DNA of 64,000 nucleotides from a virus (Duplodnaviria; Caudoviricetes): IMG/VR virus record IMGVR_UViG_2706794555_000001, positions 34,702 to 98,701 of that record; one strand, 5' to 3'. Shown piece by piece: positions 56,675 to 64,000 of this stretch (position 1 is its first letter; each line of letters starts with the position of its first letter). The notes under the pieces were generated by a model. It saw only the letters and a program-made list of their open reading frames with translations, ran no database searches and was not told where the DNA came from. The position numbers and the translations under genes were made by a program.

Positions 56675-58831
56675 TCAAAACTCGTCGGAGTCGCCCTCCG
56701 CGGCCCGCTCGGCAAGGGCTTCCAAGACCCGATCCCGGCTGACGACCATGTTGCCGTTGGACTTGTACGGCGCCGCCCCGAACGGCTCCAGTGCCTGCTT
56801 GAGATCGGATGCGGTCCAGCTGCGGTACTCGGCCGGGTTGAGGACGGTCAGCCGCTGGCGGATGTCGTCGGTGCCGACGCGGGCCTCGTCGCCGATCACA
56901 GTGGCGATGTCGGCCAGGTGGTCGACCGGCGCGGCCGGCTCGACGCCGCGGGTGGTGACGCCGGAGCGCAGGGCCTTGGCGCGGTCGGTGATCTGCATGG
57001 CCTCCTCGTCGTTGACGTAGTGCGTGCGCACGTTCAGCGACACCTGGCCGGGCGGGAGCTGCACGCCGTCGCCGGCGACGACCAGCTGTCCCTTGTCCAG
57101 GCCCTGCCGCAGCTTGTGCGGCGCAGCACCCGCCTCGACCGGGGACTCGCCGAGCGCCATCTTGGCCTGCGACTCCGTGCCCAGGACCAGCGCGGCCCGG
57201 ATGTGGTTGCCCTCGCGCGAACGCTTGGGCAGGTTCTGGTCGGTCGGGTCCTGGGTGCCCTCCCAGATCGTGACGTTCACCGCCCGCCCCTGGTCGTGGA
57301 TGCCCTTCACGGCCTGGAAGTAGCGGCTGAGGGCCTTGGCGCCGCCGTAGGGCCGCTTGTCCACGCCGATGGCGCCGGAGCCGTAGGCGACCTGGGCCTC
57401 GTCGACGATGACGACCAGGGGCGGGAACACGGTGCCCTTGGGTGCCATCAGGCGGCGCTGCTGCTCGGCGAACACGGCCTCGACCATCTCGGTCACGGCG
57501 ATGACGTGCTCGTCGGTCGGGCCCTCGATCAGGACCGAGGCCAGGCCCTCGAACATCTCCCAGTCCCCAACGCCCTTGAGGTCCCCGATGCGGAAGTCGA
57601 CGGTGGGGTCGAGGGCGAGCCACAGCGCCAGGGCCCGCAGGCTGGCGGTCTTGCCCTGGTTGGACAGGCCGGTCACCAGCACGTGTTTCTGGAACAGGCT
57701 GAGGCTGGCGGCGTCGCCACGCAGGTCCAGGCCCCAGGGTGCGCGGCCTGTCTTGTAGCTGGCGGTCATGGTGGGGTCGGTGACCAGCGGCGAGGCGGGC
57801 ACGGGCTCGTCCAGGGCGCCACTGTCCGCGATCCACAGACGCACGGTGCGGGCGGCAGGGGCGACGCTGATGTACAGCTCATGCTCGTGGCGGCCCATGT
57901 TCTCCGCCAGCTTCCGGCGCCGGTTCATGACGTCCTCGGTCGACGAGCCGGTGGGCAGATGGACGTCGACCTCGACCCCGCAGCCGGCCATGGTGATCGG
58001 GCCGAGCATCGCGGCCCCGGCGTCGCCCATCTCCTTGATGGAGGTGCGCAGCGGGGCGACGCCCAGGTCGCGCAGGGCGACGACGACGATCGACGGGGTG
58101 ATCGGCGCGCCCTCATTGCTGAGCTTGCCGCCGGGCAGCATCCACGCCGGAGCCGCGCCGTGCTTACGGCCGACCGCCCACAGCGCCGCCAGGGCGACGA
58201 ACGGGACCGCGGTCAGGGTCGGGTCCCACAGGAACGCGACGACGGCGCAGACCCACGCCACGGTGTCGACGGCGCCGGTGACCGGGACCAGGACGTCGGC
58301 GATCTGGTGCTCGGCAATCGCCATGACGATGCCGATGACGAGGAGCGTGCCGACGCCCAGGACGGTCGCGATGGCGGCGCCGCGGGCGACGTGGATCGGT
58401 GCGGCGAGCAGGTCCATGCGGCGCCGGTGGCGGGCGGCGCGGAACGAGGCCCCGCGCGCTTCCCACTCCTGCGCGGCCTCGACGTTGCCGACGGCCTCCG
58501 CCGCGCGGATCATCCGCTCGTACCGGGCCGCTGTACGCCCGTCCCAGGCCCGGCGGCCGGCGACCAGTCCGCCGGCGACCACGAACGAGGGGTGACGGAC
58601 TAGGAAGCGGCCGAGCGCGGCCGTGCGCTCATGGGTGGCAGCCACCCGCACGGCACGGGTGCTACGCCGAACCAGCCCCGGGCGCCCCGGCGGAGCGCTG
58701 ATGGCCTCGGCGGCCAGCTGCTCGGCGCCGGTGCTGATGACGGTGCCCTCGATGGGCTGGCGCGGCCCGGGGACCGTCTTGTCGAGCCGGACGGGCTGCG
58801 GGTGCCCGTTGACCCTGTCGGTGATGGCCAT
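56675..58831 (-). CDS. traB: TraB-like FtsK/SpoIIIE DNA translocase
   Basis: N-terminal TMs; Walker A GLSNQGKT, DLKG, Walker B VVIVDEAQ, GRA, TQDP; C-terminal wHTH-like domain. Confidence 0.88.
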   Translation of the reverse strand: MAITDRVNGHPQPVRLDKTVPGPRQPIEGTVISTGAEQLAAEAISAPPGRPGLVRRSTRAVRVAATHERTAALGRFLVRHPSFVVAGGLVAGRRAWDGRTAARYERMIRAAEAVGNVEAAQEWEARGASFRAARHRRRMDLLAAPIHVARGAAIATVLGVGTLLVIGIVMAIAEHQIADVLVPVTGAVDTVAWVCAVVAFLWDPTLTAVPFVALAALWAVGRKHGAAPAWMLPGGKLSNEGAPITPSIVVVALRDLGVAPLRTSIKEMGDAGAAMLGPITMAGCGVEVDVHLPTGSSTEDVMNRRRKLAENMGRHEHELYISVAPAARTVRLWIADSGALDEPVPASPLVTDPTMTASYKTGRAPWGLDLRGDAASLSLFQKHVLVTGLSNQGKTASLRALALWLALDPTVDFRIGDLKGVGDWEMFEGLASVLIEGPTDEHVIAVTEMVEAVFAEQQRRLMAPKGTVFPPLVVIVDEAQVAYGSGAIGVDKRPYGGAKALSRYFQAVKGIHDQGRAVNVTIWEGTQDPTDQNLPKRSREGNHIRAALVLGTESQAKMALGESPVEAGAAPHKLRQGLDKGQLVVAGDGVQLPPGQVSLNVRTHYVNDEEAMQITDRAKALRSGVTTRGVEPAAPVDHLADIATVIGDEARVGTDDIRQRLTVLNPAEYRSWTASDLKQALEPFGAAPYKSNGNMVVSRDRVLEALAERAAEGDSDEF

Positions 58832-59034
58832 CAGCGGGACCTGACCTGTGCGGTCGGGTGCTTGGCCCGCCAGTAGAGGGCGGCGACCAGCAGGAGCAGG
58901 ACGGCGCCCGGCTGGGCGACGATCCACGGCACCAGCACGGTGGTCGCGGGGACCACGACGGCGCGCAGCTGGTAGCAGAGGAGGAGCAGCAGGCCGAGCA
59001 GGAGCAGGGTCGAGGGGCGGGCGGTGCGGAGCAT
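58831..59034 (-). CDS. Small hydrophobic Spd-like protein
   Basis: Two TMs; TGATG-coupled to traB. Confidence 0.65.
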   Translation of the reverse strand: MLRTARPSTLLLLGLLLLLCYQLRAVVVPATTVLVPWIVAQPGAVLLLLVAALYWRAKHPTAQVRSR

Positions 59035-59111
59035 CGGTACCTCCGGAGGGTGGGGCCGGGCAGCGCGGCCTTCAGAGACTGAAGGGGCCGAGGCTGCCCG
59101 GACGGGGTGGG

Positions 59112-59276
59112 CTACTGCTTGGGTTTGGCCGCGGCGTGCGGTGTGGCCGAGTGGTGCGGCGTGAGGGTCACGTGGATGGCCGGGTGATGGGCCGGAGTGC
59201 TGGCGGCCTCGCCTCGGGCCATCAGGCAGACAGCGAGGAGAGCGACCGCGACGGCGGCTACGCCTTTGAAGGTCAT
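59112..59276 (-). CDS. Small membrane/secreted protein
   Basis: N-terminal hydrophobic helix. Confidence 0.45.
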   Translation of the reverse strand: MTFKGVAAVAVALLAVCLMARGEAASTPAHHPAIHVTLTPHHSATPHAAAKPKQ

Positions 59277-59319
59277 GGCGGTCACCCGGCCGTGATGCGG
59301 GCGAGGGTACGGAAGACGG

Positions 59320-60711
59320 TCACAGGTATCCCTCGGTTCCGGCCTGGGCTTCGGCTTCCTGGGCCTGCTTGGCGGCACGGGAAAGGACGGTGCGGATGTA
59401 GGCGGTATCCACGGCGAGGCCGCTCTGAGCCAGGTGCAGGGCGATGTCGGCGGGCGTCGCCTCGGGGTGAAGCATCGATGATGCGGCGAGGATCGCGGCC
59501 GTCTTCGTCGCCGGGAGCGCGGCATCGTCCGACTCCGTGAGCTGGGGCGCATCATCAGGCGCATCACCGTGCATCACAGGCACCGGCCCCACCTGACCAG
59601 TCATGGCGGCGAGGTACTGGGCGACGTCGCCGGCGAGGTCGAACCACTCCGTGGCGCCAACCCGCTGCTCGGCGAAACGCAGGTGGAGATCCCGCTCCGT
59701 GCGCGCGTTGCCGTGGACGACCAGGAGCACGTCCTCCATACGCAGGCACAGGGTGTCGATGCGCCGCTTGAGGTTCTGCGACGTGCCGATCTTGACCCGG
59801 TCGCCGTTCTGCACGAAGTACACGATCGGCGGGTGCGCCGAGCCCAGGAGCGCAGCCACGTCGGCGACCCGGACCCCTGGCGTTCCCGCCAGCTCCCCGG
59901 TGGGCTGACGCCGCGACGCCTTGCGCTTCTGCTCCCTGTCGAGCGCGGCATGGACGACCTTGCCGAAGCTCTCCCGGGTGGCGTCGAGTTCCCGACGCAG
60001 CTGGGCACTGGTCCGCGAATCGGCCTGCAGCGGCTCACCCTTGGCGCCGACCGCGACGTGCTGCCCTGCGGCGGTGCCGACGCCCGGAGTACCGCGGCGG
60101 CTGGCTTCCATTGCGAGCAGCTGCGCGACGGCGTTGTCCTCGGTGCGCTGGACCTGTCGGCGGGCGGAGGCGACGGCGAGCTTCGCGGATGCCTCGGACA
60201 GGGTGATCTCGATCCACTGCCGGTCGGCTGCGGTGAGGGTGGGCTCGGTGACCTTCGCGGACACCCACCACAGCAGCTTGGCCAGGATGGAGACGGTGGC
60301 CCCGACGCAGGCGAGTGCGAGAGACCGCGACCGCATCCCTTCAACGAACAGGGCCGTCACGGTGACGGCGAGCAGGACCCACGAAAGCCTGTCTGCGACG
60401 CGTCGCCGGTCCGGCCGGTGGCGTGCGATGAACGCCAGCCCGAGGGCGGTGAGCCACGACAGGTCGAACAGGGAGGCGGCGAGGTAGGACACCCAGGTCG
60501 CGCCCAGGAGAGCGGCGATGCTGGTCGTACTCCAGATCACGGAGATCAGGGTGAGGGCCAGGACGATGCCGTGGACGCCCCGGACGACGATGGCGTCCCA
60601 GTCCTTGGGGGCCACGGGGACCAGGGTTTCCCTTGGGATGTCGACCATGACGGTGGTGCCGTCGATGGTGTGCGGCGTCCTGATGTACTCGGTGACGCTT
60701 TTGAACTTCAC
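59320..60711 (-). CDS. SpdB-like membrane spread protein with inserted GIY-YIG (T5orf172-like) domain
   Basis: Four TMs (WST.SI..LL, A..FDL.W); IVYFVQ.GDRVKIGTS.NL.RR...E..LH.RF...R....EWF; C-terminal V.TAY.RTVLSR. Confidence 0.7.
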   Translation of the reverse strand: MKFKSVTEYIRTPHTIDGTTVMVDIPRETLVPVAPKDWDAIVVRGVHGIVLALTLISVIWSTTSIAALLGATWVSYLAASLFDLSWLTALGLAFIARHRPDRRRVADRLSWVLLAVTVTALFVEGMRSRSLALACVGATVSILAKLLWWVSAKVTEPTLTAADRQWIEITLSEASAKLAVASARRQVQRTEDNAVAQLLAMEASRRGTPGVGTAAGQHVAVGAKGEPLQADSRTSAQLRRELDATRESFGKVVHAALDREQKRKASRRQPTGELAGTPGVRVADVAALLGSAHPPIVYFVQNGDRVKIGTSQNLKRRIDTLCLRMEDVLLVVHGNARTERDLHLRFAEQRVGATEWFDLAGDVAQYLAAMTGQVGPVPVMHGDAPDDAPQLTESDDAALPATKTAAILAASSMLHPEATPADIALHLAQSGLAVDTAYIRTVLSRAAKQAQEAEAQAGTEGYL

Positions 60712-60772
60712 GGTCTACTCCAGGTGGTTCTGGTGACCGACCCTCAGCCCGAGGGTCGGTCGGTGGACGGTG

Positions 60773-62293
60773 TCAGTGGTCGGTGTCGGGCTGGGGGGTG
60801 GAGCGGCAGGTGCCGGCGTGGTCGTTGGCGGTGTCTCGGGCGTCGGCGTAGTCGGTGTGGCTGCTGTAGCGGCGCCGGATGGTGCAGCCGGCGCACTGCC
60901 AGGCGTAGACGGGGGTGTGGTCGCAGGGGTTGGGCTGCGGGTCGTAGGCGACGGTGAGGACGACGTGGGCGCCGCCCAGGGTGAGGAAGCGGGCGATAGT
61001 GCCCGGGGTGCTGGTCACGGTGGTGTCCTTCAGGTCCGCGGCACGGCGGTGACCTCGGCGGAACCTCCGCCACGCTGGCGGTGGTTTCTGCTGGCCTTCC
61101 GCCGGCCGCTGGGGTGGGTTGGGCTAGAACTTCACGACGGCAACGACACGGACATAGCCGGGCCTGTCGGGGACGGGTACGGGCTGGCCGGGCTCCACGG
61201 AGGAGAAGGCGATTTTGAGGCGGCACACCCCGAGCAGGACCACGTCGGGCGGGCCGATCAGGAGGACGGTCACGGCTCGCCGACCCTGCCGAGGACGGCG
61301 CGGAGGATGGCGTGGCCGACGAGGCCGAAGCCCTCGCGGTCCCGCCGCCGGCGGGTGACGGCGAGGTCGGAGAACAGGGCCGTGCGGTCCGGGGTGCGGC
61401 GGGGCTGCAGGCGGGCCAGGGCCGCCGTCTCGGTGGGCCGGGGGATGGGGAACTTGGCGGCCATCAGGACGCCTCCCCGACGGGGGGAGTGGCGTGCCGG
61501 GTGTAGGTCACCATCGACCAGCTCGCCCCGCCCCAGCGCCCTTCGATCCGCAGCACCTGAGAGAGGTGGCCGGCCGCCGCGGCGTAGCTGGACACGTGCA
61601 CGTCCAACTCCAGGGCGGCGCCCAGCAGCCGGGTGGCGCGCTCCCCGTCGGGGTGGTCGACGGCGATGGACGGGCGGATGGTGTGGTCCAGTTCGATCTG
61701 CCAGACGATGGGCAGTTCGTCGAGTTCGAGGTGCGTGGCGAGCAGCAGGTGCAGGACTGTGGCAGACATCGACGCCGATGCGCGCGGCCGGGTGGTCGTC
61801 ATCGCGGTCACCGGCCCGACAGGTACGAGCGGTACGCGGAGTAGTCCTCGGCGCTGGTGTCGCTGCGGTGGCAGTCGACGCACACCGGGTCGCCGTCACC
61901 GTCGGGGTGCAGGTCGCCGCAGTCCCAGGTGCGCTCGCAGACGGCGCACACGCCGGTGGTGTCCTCGGGCAGCAGGTCGACTGCGGCCTCGATCAGCGCC
62001 GCCACGTCCGCGAACTGTCCGGCCAGCGCCAGGAGCTCGCCGCGGGTGCGGCAGCGCTGGATCAGGGCCTCGTCGTGGTGCGCGCCCATGCCGAGGACGG
62101 ACACGTGCAGGCCGGTGGCGGAGGCGACCAGCTCGGTGCTGACCTCCAGCTGTCCGGCGACGGCAACCTCGCCGAGTAGGCGGGTGCACTCCTCCGGGTG
62201 GCCCGCACTGTCGCACTCGGTCAGCAGGCACGGAGCGGTGGTCTCGGCGGCCTGTGCGGCGGTCCGCACGGCGGCGACCAGGGCCGGGCTCAC
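60773..62293 (-). CDS. Small mobile-element genes (60773-61018, 61270-61464, 61464-61802, 61808-62293)
   Basis: Coupled ORFs; the first has RFLT.GGA.V...W.C.GC...AN.HA..CR, seen in Streptomyces transfer regions. Confidence 0.55.
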
Positions 62294-63021
62294 CGGACAC
62301 CGGCCAGGGCGTCGAGCTCGGCCGGGCTCTGGGCAGGCTGGGCGTGGTGCTTGCCAGCGTGGCCAGCCTGCCGTGTGCAGCTCTTTCCGTCGGCGCTGAA
62401 GTGTCCGCACTGCGGTCCGGCGTGAAGTCGGGCTAGCCGCCGCCGTGCACGGTCACGCTCGCGTCGGCACTCGCGGCATCCACGCGCCCCTTCGGGACCG
62501 ACAACCGTGTTGGCCTCGTCGTAGGCGTGATCCTGCGGACACCGCGTCTTCCCGGCGTTGACCGCCGCGAGCGTGTGGCGCGACCGGAGGAGGTTCGTCC
62601 CGGGTGGCACGGCTTCCAGGTGGCCCACGTTGAGGCACCTCCGGTGCAGGCAGGTCGCACCGCCAGCGCAGGACGCGTCCCGGTTGTGGCAGGTGTGGTC
62701 GACGTGCAGGCCCTCCGGGACCGGGCCGATCAGCAACTCGTGAGCGGCACGGTGAACCAGGACGGGACCGCCGCCGAAGGACAGGACTCCGTAGCCGGTC
62801 CTCTTGGCCACGTGACCGGTCCAGATGTGGCAGCCGCCCCATCCGGCGGCGACCTTCTCCATGAGCCGGTCGATCAGCGGGCGGTCCGGCTGCAGGCTGG
62901 TGTAGTCGCCGGCCTGCTTGAGCGCCTTGAGGTGGCGCTGGTAGCAGGCGCCGCAGCGGCCCCGGCGGAGGCCGGTCTTATCGGGGTGTCCGCCGCAGTC
63001 GGCGCAGAGGTTGATGGTCAT
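62290..63021 (-). CDS. HNH endonuclease
   Basis: C.IWTG....GYG, HRAAHE, VDH.C...C.N..HLE.V...N and KT.CP..H motifs. Confidence 0.85.
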   Translation of the reverse strand: MTINLCADCGGHPDKTGLRRGRCGACYQRHLKALKQAGDYTSLQPDRPLIDRLMEKVAAGWGGCHIWTGHVAKRTGYGVLSFGGGPVLVHRAAHELLIGPVPEGLHVDHTCHNRDASCAGGATCLHRRCLNVGHLEAVPPGTNLLRSRHTLAAVNAGKTRCPQDHAYDEANTVVGPEGARGCRECRRERDRARRRLARLHAGPQCGHFSADGKSCTRQAGHAGKHHAQPAQSPAELDALAGVR

Positions 63022-63548
63022 CGCACACCCGCCAGGGCAACGAACTCCGCGTTGACGGCCTCGGACGGGGTGTCCAGCTGTACGCGCCGGACCTTGAGGC
63101 TGGGGGCCGAGGAGCGCATCGGCACGACCCCGAGTCCCAAGCGTTTATACGTGGCCCGGATTTCCTCCAGGTCGGCCACCATGCGGCCGGACGGCTCGCG
63201 GGTGACCTCCCAGTCGCCGTACCTGCCCGGCATCAAGCGGCTGAGGACCTTCTTGCTGGCCCGCTTCTGCCGGTCGGCGGTGCGGGCGGCGTCGGCGGCG
63301 CGGAAGTAGGAGGCGGCTGCGGTCTCGATGTCGGCGACCGGCGGCATGTCCGCGTCGGTGAACAGCTCGGCCGCCTCGACCTCGGCCAGCTCGGGCTGCG
63401 TGGCCGGCTGGACCACGGGGGTGCGGAACTCGGAGGTTGCCGCGGTGACGCGGGCAACGATTCGAGTGGTGAACTCGCGGACGGAGCGGAGGCTCGACAT
63501 GCGCGAGCGGGGTGCGAACGTGGTCTGAGGGGTGCGAAGATCCTGCAC
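63018..63548 (-). CDS. Hypothetical protein, first gene of the leftward transfer operon
   Basis: AAGGAG RBS before GTG; ATGA overlap with the HNH gene. Confidence 0.65.
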   Translation of the reverse strand: MQDLRTPQTTFAPRSRMSSLRSVREFTTRIVARVTAATSEFRTPVVQPATQPELAEVEAAELFTDADMPPVADIETAAASYFRAADAARTADRQKRASKKVLSRLMPGRYGDWEVTREPSGRMVADLEEIRATYKRLGLGVVPMRSSAPSLKVRRVQLDTPSEAVNAEFVALAGVR

Positions 63549-63620
63549 AGCCGTCTCCTTGTTTGCTCAAGGTGCTCGGTCAGGCCCTGCCCGGAGCTGG
63601 AATCTCCTGGTGGGGCCGCT

Positions 63621-63668
63621 TTCTCTGCTAGCGCGTTCAGTGGTGGAGGTGGTTGGCGGAGAACGTGC
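63621..63668 (+). other. Right attachment junction, crossover TG at 63644-63645
   Basis: TTCTCTGCTAGCGCGTTCAGTGG-TG-GAGGTGGTTGGCGGAGAAC; the SSB reading frame resumes here. Confidence 0.85.
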
Positions 63669-64000
63669 TCGCCTCCGTCGGACGGGGCGATCCACTGCTG
63701 GTGACCGGGCGGATGCGGGTGAGGGAGTGGGACAACGGGGAGGGGAAGGCCCGGGGCTACGCCGCCGAGATCGAGGCGACTGCGATCGGGCACGATCTGT
63801 CTCGCGGAACCTCGGCGTTCCGCCGGGCCGTGCGGGCGCGGCCCGAACTGGTGGCCAAGGCCTCGACGCGGGCCGCCGGGCCGGAGGAGGTACTGCCCGG
63901 CGACCAGGGAAAGGGGACACCGGCCGATCCGCGGTCCGCGGCACCCGCTCCGGTCCTGGTAGGAGCCGCCGCGGCGGGGGACGGCGAACCGGGTGTGTAA
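63644..64000 (+). pseudogene. ssbB: Single-stranded DNA-binding protein (SsbB-type), 3' part
   Basis: WRWLAENV.AS...GDP..V.GR.RVR.W......EIEA.AIGHDLSRG is the SSB C-terminal half; no acidic DxxPF tip, as expected for the SsbB paralogue. Confidence 0.9.

Larger units (their letters stand above)
37890..63645. mobile_element. Serine-integrase element (25,754 bp) combining a phage-satellite module with a TraB-type conjugation module
   Basis: Bounded by the two halves of ssbB with a shared (G)TG core; integrase at the left end; the reconstituted attP is symmetric. Confidence 0.9.

Noticed and set aside
50886-63645. Separate AICE integrated by the tyrosine recombinase at 50886
   Set aside because: No flanking direct repeat, second lox-like site or own Rep was found; the enzyme is Cre/resolvase-like; the right boundary is the serine-integrase att. 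Historical fusion remains possible.
63653-64000. Independent 115-aa gene starting at TTG with a GGAGGT SD
   Set aside because: The SD is only 2 nt from TTG and the product would be half an OB fold; better explained as the 3' part of the split ssbB.

Overview
High-GC actinobacterial DNA (Streptomycetaceae-like by gene content) with two mobile elements about 700 bp apart. (1) Bases 1 to ~37196 are the right part of a siphovirus-type prophage. It has head, tail and lysis modules, two free-standing homing endonucleases, a candidate ~460-nt structured RNA and repressors. Its tyrosine integrase abuts an intact tRNA-Arg(UCU) at 37197-37269 (-). The early genes and the other att site lie left of the window. 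(2) A 25,754-bp element with a large serine integrase is inserted inside the host ssbB-type gene. The 5' half is 37716-37891 and the 3' half is 63644-64000. Recombination at a shared TG restores a 176-aa SSB in frame and creates a symmetric attP. Its left half resembles a phage satellite: divergent regulators, an SF3 helicase, an iteron-type origin, two paralogues of the neighbouring prophage's small terminase and a shortened homologue of its capsid scaffold. Its right half resembles a Streptomyces conjugative element: a Cre-like recombinase with a lox-like site, a GntR/KorA-like regulator, TraB (FtsK) with clt-like repeats, and Spd-like proteins. The best candidate for an undescribed system is this gene-splitting, conjugative phage satellite beside a plausible helper phage. 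All homology calls were made by eye from motifs, with no database searches.
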